This document shows positions 1 through 8,173 of a DNA stretch of 17,177 nt, piece by piece. This DNA is from a virus. Lineage: Duplodnaviria > Heunggongvirae > Uroviricota > Caudoviricetes. A program made the position numbers and the translations under genes. Location of the stretch: the IMG/VR virus record IMGVR_UViG_2671181056_000008, positions 1 to 17,177 of that record; one strand, written 5' to 3'. The notes beneath the pieces are model-generated. The model saw nothing but the letters and a program-made list of their open reading frames with translations. It did not search any database and was not told the DNA's origin. Each line of letters starts with the position of its first letter. Within the stretch, counting starts at the first letter, position 1.

Positions 1-36
1 GCACGTCACCAGAATTTTCTTCGCGACTTGGGTCAT
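1..36 (-). CDS. metG: methionyl-tRNA synthetase, N-terminal 12 codons only (runs off window edge)
   Basis: Minus-strand ATG at 36..34 translates to MTQVAKKILVTC, the MetRS N-terminus as I recall it; divergent from apbC as in enterobacterial chromosomes. Confidence 0.75.
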   Translation of the reverse strand, partial: MTQVAKKILVTC

Positions 37-193
37 AGTAGGCATTACTTCTTTGTAGTGAAAAGGGGCTTGATAGTAACAAAATGGCCTTATGTCTGCC
101 ATGTGATAACAGCATTTCTCATAAATGATTAAATGTCGTAGCTGGAGTACACTACAAGGCGACAATTGCGCAAATTAAAATAAAGGAGACGGG
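37..193. promoter_or_regulatory. divergent metG/apbC intergenic region with apbC ribosome-binding site
   Basis: 157-bp AT-rich spacer between divergent starts; AAGGAG at 183-188, 5 nt before the apbC ATG at 194. Promoters not mapped. Confidence 0.5.
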
Positions 194-1294
194 ATGAGCG
201 AGTCCAAATCGCCGGATGCCCTGAGAGCAATGGTAGCCGGTACGCTGGCTAATTTTCAGCACCCAACCCTGAAACACAACTTGACTACGCTTAAAGCGTT
301 ACACCATGTTGCGTTGATGGATGACACACTGCATGTCGAACTAATCATGCCTTTCGTGTGGAATAAGCCTTTTGAAGACCTGAAAGAGCAATGTAGTGGT
401 GATCTGCTCCGTATCACTGGCGCAAAGGCTATTGACTGGAAGCTGTCGTACAACATTGCCACGCTTAAGCGCGTCAAAAACCAACCAGGCATTAATGGCG
501 TTAAGAACATTATCGCCGTCAGCTCAGGCAAGGGCGGCGTGGGTAAATCCTCCACAGCAGTAAACTTGGCACTGGCTTTGGCTGCTGAAGGTGCGAAAGT
601 TGGTATTTTGGATGCCGATATCTATGGTCCATCAATTCCAACCATGCTGGGCGCGGAAAACCAACGTCCAACCTCACCGGACGGTACTCACATGGCACCT
701 ATCATGTCTCATGGCCTGGCAACCAACTCTATTGGTTATCTGGTCACCGATGACAATGCAATGGTGTGGCGTGGACCGATGGCGAGCAAGGCGCTGATGC
801 AGATGTTGCAGGAAACACTGTGGCCTGATCTGGACTATCTCGTTCTCGATATGCCACCGGGCACTGGTGATATTCAATTGACGCTGGCGCAGAACATTCC
901 TGTAACTGGTGCGGTTGTGGTAACTACGCCGCAAGACATCGCGCTGATCGATGCGAAGAAAGGCATTGTGATGTTCGAAAAAGTCGAAGTGCCGGTACTG
1001 GGTATCGTTGAAAACATGAGTGTGCATATTTGCAGTAACTGCGGTCATCACGAGCCAATTTTTGGCACCGGTGGAGCACAGAAACTGGCCGAGAAATACA
1101 ACACGCAGTTGTTAGGCCAAATGCCACTTCATATCTCTCTTCGTGAAGATCTGGATAACGGAACACCAACCGTTATTAGTCGTCCAGATAGCGAATTTAC
1201 GGCTATTTATCGTGACCTCGCAGATCGCGTTGCTGCCCAAATGTATTGGCAAGGTGAAGTAATACCTGGCGAAATCGCATTCCGCGCAGTGTGA
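194..1294 (+). CDS. apbC: Fe-S cluster carrier ATPase ApbC/Mrp (ParA/MinD family)
   Basis: 366 aa; P-loop GKGGVGKS, MinD/Mrp-like core, C-terminal CSNCGH cysteine pair; strong Shine-Dalgarno; stop TGA at 1292-1294. Confidence 0.95.
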   Translation: MSESKSPDALRAMVAGTLANFQHPTLKHNLTTLKALHHVALMDDTLHVELIMPFVWNKPFEDLKEQCSGDLLRITGAKAIDWKLSYNIATLKRVKNQPGINGVKNIIAVSSGKGGVGKSSTAVNLALALAAEGAKVGILDADIYGPSIPTMLGAENQRPTSPDGTHMAPIMSHGLATNSIGYLVTDDNAMVWRGPMASKALMQMLQETLWPDLDYLVLDMPPGTGDIQLTLAQNIPVTGAVVVTTPQDIALIDAKKGIVMFEKVEVPVLGIVENMSVHICSNCGHHEPIFGTGGAQKLAEKYNTQLLGQMPLHISLREDLDNGTPTVISRPDSEFTAIYRDLADRVAAQMYWQGEVIPGEIAFRAV

Positions 1295-1295
1295 T

Positions 1296-1320
1296 AAAAA
1301 GGCGGTGCATTGCACCGCCT
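1296..1320. terminator. rho-independent terminator hairpin between apbC and the island
   Basis: A-tract 1296-1300, 8-bp GC stem ggcggtgc (1301-1308) / gcaccgcc (1312-1319), 3-nt loop. On the minus strand the stem is followed by TTTTTA, so it fits the incoming island transcript best. Confidence 0.6.
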
Positions 1321-1331
1321 AATCAGTTCTC

Positions 1332-1721
1332 CTACATCACAGGACAATCATCAAACTCGCCACTTCTTGCGTCGTTGATAATGTGAGTGATCACACCAAA
1401 CACGGCATTGCTGCCCGTGCATCCATCGTCATCCTTTGGCAATGCTTCCTTCTTACCGGTTCTTAAATCCTCCAGATGCTGACGTGGAGACTTCCGGTAT
1501 CTTTTTACGCGATATTCCCCATCCAGAGCGCATACAAGCAGAGAACCATCAACCGGGGTAAGTGAGGAATCAACCACCAGCAATGCACCCTGTAATATTC
1601 CCTCACGATGATGACTATCAGCTGCTCTCATGAAGTAGGTCGCTGAAGGATGTCTAATTATCTGCTGATCAAGAGAAATACGGCTCTCAGCATAATCCGC
1701 CGCAGGAGAAGGGAAGCCCAT
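1332..1721 (-). CDS. UmuD'-like S24 peptidase lacking the N-terminal arm (HumD-like)
   Basis: 129 aa beginning MGFPSPAADY, which matches UmuD from its Cys24/Gly25 cleavage site onward; Ser (AADS) and Lys (RVKR) dyad positions retained; in-frame TGA five codons upstream of the ATG rules out an N-terminal arm. Confidence 0.85.
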   Translation of the reverse strand: MGFPSPAADYAESRISLDQQIIRHPSATYFMRAADSHHREGILQGALLVVDSSLTPVDGSLLVCALDGEYRVKRYRKSPRQHLEDLRTGKKEALPKDDDGCTGSNAVFGVITHIINDARSGEFDDCPVM

Positions 1722-1737
1722 AGCGTTTTGCCCTCAA

Positions 1738-1757
1738 TACTGTTCATTTACACAGTA
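1738..1757. promoter_or_regulatory. LexA (SOS) box TACTGT-N8-ACAGTA
   Basis: tactgttcatttacacagta matches the CTGT-N8-ACAG consensus including flanking TA; sits 17 nt upstream of the UmuD'-like start, overlapping a TATACT -10-like hexamer. Confidence 0.7.
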
Positions 1758-1843
1758 TACATGAAAGAAGCTCACTCAGTGCAACTGATCGGTACATAGC
1801 ACCAGACAAAGGAACGTTATTTTCTCGAACAAGAAAAGGTAGA

Positions 1844-1877
1844 AAACAAATTGTTTAAGGCCACAACTAGTGGCCTT
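1844..1877. repeat. 13-bp palindrome AAACAAATTGTTT followed by GC hairpin, copy 1 of a composite element
   Basis: Perfect palindrome 1844-1856; hairpin aaggccac (1857-1864) / gtggcctt (1870-1877), 5-nt loop. Near-identical element at 6964-6997. Confidence 0.6.
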
Positions 1878-1893
1878 AATGGAGAAGGGATGC

Positions 1894-2457
1894 TTATTGG
1901 CTATGGCTAAAAATCAAATGAGACACTTCATTTGGTTGTAGCTCGTCAAGATCCGGGGCCACAAAACCTTTTCCGAAAGACTTCACAAGTGATTCACCAG
2001 CCGCATCATTGTCACCTATTACGCGAAAGTCATACGGCAGCATTGCCAGTTGACGACGTAATCCTGCTGAGAAAGTCGAACCTAACAGCGCCCACGAATT
2101 TCCGCCCGCGTTGTGCACTGCTGCACTTTTAAAAATCGACTCAGTTATCCATATCGGTCCATCTTTTAAAGGAAGATAGGTTCCCCATAGTAGCTGTCTG
2201 CCGTGCGCTCGTGTGAAATACCGGGCCATCTTCGGATTGCTATGCTGCTTAGGAGCGCCTGGTCTGTATGTCTGATACCCGGCCAACATCCCATCAAACC
2301 TGTATAGAGGGAATGTAACAACTCCTTCGCTTTCATCGATCCACTGTCTATATGGATGCACATCATAGCGGTAGTTACGAGTTAGCAAATGAGCTTCCAG
2401 CTTTCCAAATTTAGTCATAACTTCGCATCCCTCATAACACTTCCCATTTATCACCAT
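1894..2457 (-). CDS. small Toprim-domain protein (DnaG-type motifs)
   Basis: C-terminal half aligns by eye to DnaG Toprim: ITES (catalytic Glu), LGST, VIGDNDAAGE (DxD). Alternative start at 2418 (MTKFGK) avoids the 26-nt overlap with the upstream gene. Confidence 0.6.
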   Translation of the reverse strand: MVINGKCYEGCEVMTKFGKLEAHLLTRNYRYDVHPYRQWIDESEGVVTFPLYRFDGMLAGYQTYRPGAPKQHSNPKMARYFTRAHGRQLLWGTYLPLKDGPIWITESIFKSAAVHNAGGNSWALLGSTFSAGLRRQLAMLPYDFRVIGDNDAAGESLVKSFGKGFVAPDLDELQPNEVSHLIFSHSQ

Positions 2458-3286
2458 ATTTCTCCATAGCTCTTAGCCAATAAACATGGCCACTAGGCAT
2501 AGTGATGTGAGGCTCGCCAAACTCTTCTCCATGTACATCAAAGATGTCCCCAACAGAAAATTGGGGGATTTCTGTTCCGTTTTCACCTATATGTGTAATT
2601 CGTATACGTTTCGGTTGGGATTGTCCACCTTTGAGCGAGTTGTTCACTGCTCTGGCAATTTTCTCCCGCAATTGCTGCGTTCCGTGATACGTAACCGCAA
2701 TATCCCGCAACTCATTCACTAGTTCTCGAATTTGGTGATCTTTAAGCTCATTATTTGGGTGATTGGTAACAACTCTGGTTAATTCCCCATTGTCTTTTGC
2801 TCTTACGTATGCAGCTCTTGTGCATTCGCCCCATGTATTACCGCCTACATTAACTTCGTAGATTAGGCTGGACTTATCTGTCAATTCGGAACAAATACGG
2901 GCCGTGGTCTGGCAACTAGAGCATTCGCAGTTATCGCGGAAACCGTGGTCTACTGGCTTCGGTTTAACATCATCAACTTTTTCTACCCTATTGGAATTTA
3001 AATACTTCGAAGCCTTGCTATGCCAATCGCTGGTTTTAGGATCTTGTCCATCCATCAAACGCCAGGCTTCAGCTATTAACTCATAACTAGTGACTGTAGC
3101 TTCCTGCGCATCACCAATAAGTCGTGTAATCTCTCTTTCAAGCCGACCGCCTAACTCCGTTTTAGTGCAATGTTCTGACCAATCGCCAGTCTCAAGAAGC
3201 GCGAGAATGCTTAAAATATCGTCCAATAGAACGGTAGTATTATCGACTTCCTTCTGAAACTCACCGGCTACTGATTTATGCATCAT
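2432..3286 (-). CDS. hypothetical protein, 284 aa, with CxCxxC cysteine cluster
   Basis: Long ORF; start ATG overlaps the upstream stop (ATGA); no family recognised. Confidence 0.6.
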   Translation of the reverse strand: MMHKSVAGEFQKEVDNTTVLLDDILSILALLETGDWSEHCTKTELGGRLEREITRLIGDAQEATVTSYELIAEAWRLMDGQDPKTSDWHSKASKYLNSNRVEKVDDVKPKPVDHGFRDNCECSSCQTTARICSELTDKSSLIYEVNVGGNTWGECTRAAYVRAKDNGELTRVVTNHPNNELKDHQIRELVNELRDIAVTYHGTQQLREKIARAVNNSLKGGQSQPKRIRITHIGENGTEIPQFSVGDIFDVHGEEFGEPHITMPSGHVYWLRAMEKYGDKWEVL

Positions 3287-3504
3287 TCGTCATCCTCATC
3301 CGAGTCATCCTCATCACAGGATGAGAGTAGTGGGTTAGTCATTCGCCCTACTTGAGTGGCGTAGCAACGCCGACAGAGATTGCGCAGCACACTGTATATT
3401 TCGAACATCTCGGTTCGTTCATCGCCAACATCAAGCTCAGATGCTATAGCGTGGCATTCAGTCGCGAGAGCCGATATTTTCTGAAATAACTCTGCTTTAT
3501 TCAC
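3283..3504 (-). CDS. hypothetical small protein, 73 aa, acidic C-terminus (CDEDDSDEDDE)
   Basis: GTG start at 3504 preceded by AGGAG with 7-nt spacer; overlaps the DUF551-like gene stop. The 93-aa ORF in the track has no ribosome-binding site at its ATG. Confidence 0.35.
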   Translation of the reverse strand: MNKAELFQKISALATECHAIASELDVGDERTEMFEIYSVLRNLCRRCYATQVGRMTNPLLSSCDEDDSDEDDE

Positions 3505-4072
3505 TCTTCGACTCCTGCGGAGGTTCTGGTAGCGGCATCCAGTGAGTTGCTTGCTCAATACCATTACCCGGCTTAATCGTTACATCTCCGCGCCGAAAGG
3601 TGATTCCGGTATAGCGTGCGGAGCATATTAGCGGTTCAACCAGAGAGCTATCGAAATTCACCGAAATAAGCACGTTCTGGCCCTTTTCAGGCATTCGCTC
3701 ACTACAGCTTATCCAACCATCCGGAGTTACCGGATGGGGTCCAGCGAACTCGGGAATGTCAGGACCTTTTCTGATAGCTTTAGCCAGATCCAGCGGGTCA
3801 TCGTAAAGCCAGTCGCCAGTTTGTGGGTGATTTGCTTCTGCAAGCTGCGCAGCCCATTCAAGACCATCTTTTTGACCTTGGAGATAATCAAGCGGCAACT
3901 CTTCATGATTACTTGCAGGTTCTGCACTATCAGCTTCGCGCCGCTTCTGTAGCTCTGCTGCCATCGCTCTCACGACTTCAACTGGTGCCCTTGCAGCAAA
4001 CTCTATGTTGGTGATCAGCTCATTAAGATATTGCTCGCCTGGATACTGTTTCTTATCGGTTATAGTGGTCAT
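3497..4072 (-). CDS. DUF551-like phage protein
   Basis: 191 aa from ATG at 4072 (GGAGAGTGAT upstream); C-terminal segment with THWMPLPEPP resembles the DUF551 signature as recalled. Confidence 0.6.
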   Translation of the reverse strand: MTTITDKKQYPGEQYLNELITNIEFAARAPVEVVRAMAAELQKRREADSAEPASNHEELPLDYLQGQKDGLEWAAQLAEANHPQTGDWLYDDPLDLAKAIRKGPDIPEFAGPHPVTPDGWISCSERMPEKGQNVLISVNFDSSLVEPLICSARYTGITFRRGDVTIKPGNGIEQATHWMPLPEPPQESKSE

Positions 4073-4073
4073 A

Positions 4074-4460
4074 TCACTCTCCTTTTCCCTGAAGCATAGC
4101 AGCGCGGCAGGCATTCCAGCCTCTCACCTCTGCAATAGCGGCAACAGCATCAACCGCGTACATGCTAAGAGGATTAGGCATTGGTTTTTCTTCCGGTACT
4201 ACTGGAACGGGTGGAGCGGCGTAGACCTCAATAATTCCATTATCAATAGGCCATTCTCCATCCTTGAGGTAGTCACTTGTGCCGTCAACTTGCTGTTCTG
4301 CAATGTGGAATGCACCTATTGGTTTTGCTTCCAGCGATGCCAGAGCAATTCGTGCCAGTTCTTCCGCTTCTTCTGCTGGCAGTACAACGTTGCTACCAGG
4401 TCCGTATGTTTCGCGCCACTGTTTGATTGTCAGTAGTCGCTCTTTGGTAATAGTGGTCAT
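4074..4460 (-). CDS. hypothetical protein, 128 aa
   Basis: ATG at 4460 preceded by AAGGAG; C-terminus ends KGE immediately before the next gene's start. Confidence 0.6.
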   Translation of the reverse strand: MTTITKERLLTIKQWRETYGPGSNVVLPAEEAEELARIALASLEAKPIGAFHIAEQQVDGTSDYLKDGEWPIDNGIIEVYAAPPVPVVPEEKPMPNPLSMYAVDAVAAIAEVRGWNACRAAMLQGKGE

Positions 4461-4470
4461 GTGTTACTCC

Positions 4471-4734
4471 TTAACCCGCAGTGCTTTCAACTGATGAGGG
4501 GAACAAAATCCTTTCATCAAATCCGGCATTCATATCATGGACAGCAACACACCAATCCATCGACGAACGATTATCAAGAGCCTCCATGATTTCATCCATG
4601 CGGCGCAGGTCATACAGGTAAATGCTTTTATCGCCAATGGTGTAAAAACCAATTTTTTTCGGTGATGGGCAGCGATCAAGAACGTCCTGTAATTCGTTCA
4701 ACCATGCCCGTTCTTTTTTTGTTAAAGTTGCCAT
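4471..4734 (-). CDS. hypothetical protein, 87 aa
   Basis: ATG at 4734 (MATLTKKERAW) one nt after the upstream stop, preceded by GGAGAGTGAT. Confidence 0.55.
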   Translation of the reverse strand: MATLTKKERAWLNELQDVLDRCPSPKKIGFYTIGDKSIYLYDLRRMDEIMEALDNRSSMDWCVAVHDMNAGFDERILFPSSVESTAG

Positions 4735-4735
4735 A

Positions 4736-5257
4736 TCACTCTCCTTTGATGCGAATGCCTGCTGCAATGCTGTTTATGATGCTGTCAGTGCATGGAGTAG
4801 AAAGCTGGGCATCTCCAGCAATTTTCATGACCTCAACATCCGCATATCGAATACCGAGGTGTATCAGACCGGCTATACCTGACTTAAGTCGAACATTTTC
4901 CATAAACAGATCTTTTTCCCGCTGTTTAGCGGCTTCCAACTCCATCGACAATTTTTCCAACTGCTCTTTATGCTTCTTGTATTCCTGATACGCGTGCCAA
5001 GACTGACCTTTGCGCACACTATCAGTGATATCAGCAACCTGCTCCGGTGTTAGCGTGGTCAGTGGCTGTGCTGGAAAAATCATCACTTTCCCGGCATCCC
5101 AATCAAAACCCGCCTGAATTGACTGAACCTCAACTGATGGTGTTGAACCGATGCGACCAGGCGAATGAACAACGATCGTTACATCCATATCGCGACGATG
5201 GCTGTGGTTGTTGGACAAAATACGATTCACCAACTCAGAAAATTTGGAAAATTTCAT
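4736..5257 (-). CDS. hypothetical protein with Ea22-like C-terminus (AAGIRIKGE)
   Basis: 173 aa from ATG at 5257 (AAGAGGGA upstream, ATGA overlap with the upstream stop); last 9 residues identical to those of the 5579..6109 product. Confidence 0.6.
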   Translation of the reverse strand: MKFSKFSELVNRILSNNHSHRRDMDVTIVVHSPGRIGSTPSVEVQSIQAGFDWDAGKVMIFPAQPLTTLTPEQVADITDSVRKGQSWHAYQEYKKHKEQLEKLSMELEAAKQREKDLFMENVRLKSGIAGLIHLGIRYADVEVMKIAGDAQLSTPCTDSIINSIAAGIRIKGE

Positions 5258-5577
5258 GCTGATCCCTCTTTCTCTCCCCGGATAATTCTGTTGCACACAT
5301 CCACACACTCGTCGCAGATGAAAACGGCGTCCCCAGCAATTAACTTTTTGACGGCGTACTGGGATTTGTTGCAGAAGCTGCAACAAAGTGTTCGCCTGAC
5401 TGATAAGGATGGAGCGCCAGATGTCAGCCGCTCCATATCGTTCTTGCGACGCAATATCACACGGCTGAACTCAACCAGTTTCTCCGGGGATATCTCCTCC
5501 TCCGTAGCAAGCGCCTCTAATCGTTCGAGTATGTGGAAGGCTTTTTTCTGGGTAATTGCAGAATGCGATGTGGTCAT
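5254..5577 (-). CDS. small protein with C-terminal ClpX-type C4 zinc-binding domain
   Basis: 107 aa; [38 protein letters not shown] closely matches the ClpX N-terminal zinc-binding domain (CSFCGKSQ...RKLIAG...YICDECVDLCNDIIREE) with all four Cys; ATG at 5577 behind GGAGAGTGAG. Confidence 0.75.
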   Translation of the reverse strand: MTTSHSAITQKKAFHILERLEALATEEEISPEKLVEFSRVILRRKNDMERLTSGAPSLSVRRTLCCSFCNKSQYAVKKLIAGDAVFICDECVDVCNRIIRGEKEGSA

Positions 5578-5578
5578 C

Positions 5579-6109
5579 TCACTCTCCTTTGATGCGAATG
5601 CCAGCGGCGCGGGAATCATTCCATCGCTTTACTTCTTCACGAATTACGTCAATGCATTCTTTCGAATCCATTAGGTAATCTTCATCAAAAAGACGTTCCT
5701 GTTCGTTTTCTATCGCAACAATGATTGCTTCAACTAACTTTTGTGCCTGAGAATCACTTTCTAACTCTGCTATGCGCTTACTTCCATCCGAGATAACGCC
5801 CTCGTAATACTCACGCTGCTCGTTGAGTTTTGATTTTGCCAACTCCAGTTGTTTTGTTAGTTCCGCAATACGGCAAACATCGTTGATACGCGTTTCCTCT
5901 AATGCGTTGATCTCATCCAGTAGTGCCAGCACGGTTTCTGGTCCGGCCAGAAATTTGAAGGCGTTGAGGGCATCAATATCAACACCGCTATCTTTAAGTT
6001 CCTGTTCACTTAACAAGTCATCATCAGCTGGCAACATTAACAGGCGTTCCATTGCTGGAATTGCACGTTCCGCCACCTCACGCAGTGCCTGGTAATTAAT
6101 TTCGCTCAC
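5579..6109 (-). CDS. Ead/Ea22-like family protein
   Basis: 176 aa; GTG start at 6109 behind GGAGG; MSEIN N-terminus, [27 protein letters not shown] block and AGIRIKGE C-terminus match lambda Ea22-like proteins as recalled (unverified). Confidence 0.65.
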   Translation of the reverse strand: MSEINYQALREVAERAIPAMERLLMLPADDDLLSEQELKDSGVDIDALNAFKFLAGPETVLALLDEINALEETRINDVCRIAELTKQLELAKSKLNEQREYYEGVISDGSKRIAELESDSQAQKLVEAIIVAIENEQERLFDEDYLMDSKECIDVIREEVKRWNDSRAAGIRIKGE

Positions 6110-6350
6110 TGGCTGCCTCCTGCTTTTCTGCCTTCAACACCATGCGAGAACCATCATCCAGCTCCCACACTATCTCACCACCTTCAGCCATGACCAGTTG
6201 CCACACCAATTGAGCAGCCTCATTGGTAACATCACGACCTGGATCATTGCCAACGCGCATACGTCCACCTTCAACATCGCGCATTTTTGCCAGCATGATA
6301 GTTTTTGATAGCGGTGAAAAACCAAGCTGTAGTCGTGCTGAATTACTCAC
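6096..6350 (-). CDS. hypothetical protein, 84 aa
   Basis: GTG start overlapping the upstream TGA (GTGA), preceded by GGAGG at 6-nt spacing. Confidence 0.5.
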   Translation of the reverse strand: MSNSARLQLGFSPLSKTIMLAKMRDVEGGRMRVGNDPGRDVTNEAAQLVWQLVMAEGGEIVWELDDGSRMVLKAEKQEAASERN

Positions 6351-6889
6351 TGGTTGCCTCCTTTGCGAAGCTGGGCAGCAAAGTCAACTAACCACTCAGT
6401 CATTTCAACCTTCCCTACCAGGTCTGAACCAGGGTGCATACAGCAATCACTCTGCGCCGCTTTGAAATCCTTATACTCATATTCTTGGGCCACCAGATTT
6501 TTTGCAGCTTCTATAGCAGCATCCACCCCCTGCGCACGTACTTCAGCCAGAAAAGCATCGGTGGCTGGAGTCTCCGTTAATTCGCTAACCCAATTATCTC
6601 CGTGTTCCTCGGCACACATCGCATCGAATGCTCGCTCAGATTCTTTCAGGGCTGCATTCTCCGCCGCTAATGCGTCTCTCTGCGCCCGCAACTTCTCAAT
6701 TTCGGCAGCCATGTAGTAACCAACCATAGCGAAGACGGCAAAAGAGTTGTCTGCCTCATCAGGCGACACTGAGGCCATTAGCAGACCATCGTAATAATCG
6801 TGACTCCCATTGGTGATCGCCACCTCATAGGAGTCGTGGTTCTCACGCTTGTGAATGAGAACTACGGGGTTTTCGATTTTGTTACTCAT
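6347..6889 (-). CDS. hypothetical protein, 180 aa
   Basis: ATG at 6889 preceded by AAGAGAAAAACAC, a leader shared with three other genes; first gene after the 6964-6997 element. Confidence 0.6.
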   Translation of the reverse strand: MSNKIENPVVLIHKRENHDSYEVAITNGSHDYYDGLLMASVSPDEADNSFAVFAMVGYYMAAEIEKLRAQRDALAAENAALKESERAFDAMCAEEHGDNWVSELTETPATDAFLAEVRAQGVDAAIEAAKNLVAQEYEYKDFKAAQSDCCMHPGSDLVGKVEMTEWLVDFAAQLRKGGNQ

Positions 6890-6963
6890 GTGTTTTTCTC
6901 TTCTTTGCTGTTACATAAGCACTACCAAGTGCTGGTTTATTTTCACAAATAAGAAAATGTAGA

Positions 6964-6997
6964 AAACAATTTATTTAAGGCCACAACTTATGGCCTT
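6964..6997. repeat. composite element copy 2: degenerate palindrome AAACAATTTATTT plus GC hairpin
   Basis: Hairpin aaggcca (6977-6983) / tggcctt (6991-6997), 7-nt loop; about 85 percent identical to 1841-1880 over roughly 45 bp. Confidence 0.6.
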
Positions 6998-7027
6998 TAT
7001 TTATTCATGCCGAAGGATTTGTAGCGT

Positions 7028-7408
7028 CTAATTGCCGTATAAAATGGGGTGAGGTGCTTGCCAGTAGGCTCCACCGGTCCATGTGAACCCCATGCGAATA
7101 AGAGTGTTTATTGCGGCTTTGGTAGACTCCGATTCGACACTGGCTTTACGAAACTCTTGAACCTCTTTCGCCAACCTGTATGTAATTGTGCAGGGGACGA
7201 TTGCAGCCCAGCCTTTCTCATGACTGTTAATGACCATCTGGATGTGACCATCCAGAATAGGTTGATTAGACATGTTATTGAAAATGTCTGCCTGTTTTTG
7301 AATGTGAAGAAAAAGCCTTGCCAGCTCCATTTGCTCACTACGAGACAAGGGATTATCAAGAGGGCTTTTTGCAAAAGCGGCTATACGCTGTGCGTCAATG
7401 CCAAACAT
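7028..7408 (-). CDS. hypothetical protein, 126 aa
   Basis: ATG overlaps the upstream stop by one nt (TGATG); no family recognised. Confidence 0.55.
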   Translation of the reverse strand: MFGIDAQRIAAFAKSPLDNPLSRSEQMELARLFLHIQKQADIFNNMSNQPILDGHIQMVINSHEKGWAAIVPCTITYRLAKEVQEFRKASVESESTKAAINTLIRMGFTWTGGAYWQAPHPILYGN

Positions 7409-8112
7409 CAGCGCACCTCACCATCTTTATGGCTGGAGTTAACTTCCGCCATTAAATGTCTGACGTAATCGACAAGAGAGCCACCTGGTGGAATCTGGCA
7501 TTCCTCAACTAACTGGAAGTAGATATCCGCAGCATTACGTGTATTGCTACCCGCGCATATTCTTTCTTCCCGAAGTGCATGAAGCTCGTTGATCAAACGG
7601 TCACACTCTCCGTTACGCTGATCCACAACAGCCTCAAGTTCTGCGACGCGTTCACCTGGCGTCTTACCTTCTTCGCGTTGGATGGTAACGACGAAATCGC
7701 CAATTGCAGGGACGTTGTAATCCAGCTCAAGGTAGTTTTTGGCACCGCTGCGGACGAACTCACCCGCGAACATGGTGGCGAACATCTCAGAGGCCATTGT
7801 GCTGTTGAAAAGTGACTCCAGATCTAACGGAGTCCCGGCAGCCAGAGCCTCTTTTGCTGTATCCATTGTATCCATGAACCGATCAAACTCATTAGCGCGC
7901 TTTTCCAGGTCTTTCCATTGCTCGCTCCAACGTTTGGCAATGAAGTCTATGAATGTTTTCGCGGATTCATCAAAATCCCCCTCAAACTTAACGATGCCTT
8001 TATCAATAATGATCTGGCCTACCGCATCCTCTGCATAACCTTTCAATGTAAACTTGAAAGGAAAATCAGAATGGCCTGTGACGTTAAAATGCTCTAACTG
8101 GAGGTTGTTCAT
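7408..8112 (-). CDS. hypothetical protein, 234 aa
   Basis: ATG at 8112 preceded by AAGAGAAAAACAT; no family recognised. Confidence 0.6.
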   Translation of the reverse strand: MNNLQLEHFNVTGHSDFPFKFTLKGYAEDAVGQIIIDKGIVKFEGDFDESAKTFIDFIAKRWSEQWKDLEKRANEFDRFMDTMDTAKEALAAGTPLDLESLFNSTMASEMFATMFAGEFVRSGAKNYLELDYNVPAIGDFVVTIQREEGKTPGERVAELEAVVDQRNGECDRLINELHALREERICAGSNTRNAADIYFQLVEECQIPPGGSLVDYVRHLMAEVNSSHKDGEVR

Positions 8113-8173
8113 ATGTTTTTCTCTTATCGTTTAGTTATTACATTCTTACACAAATTAAGTAAGTATTTACCTA

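Noticed and set aside
256-1315. Several ORFs of 67-125 aa inside apbC on other frames or the opposite strand (256..555, 591..797, 674..1051, 924..1169, 1112..1315)
   Set aside because: Fully embedded in a well-supported conserved gene, with no ribosome-binding sites and low-complexity products; shadow ORFs.
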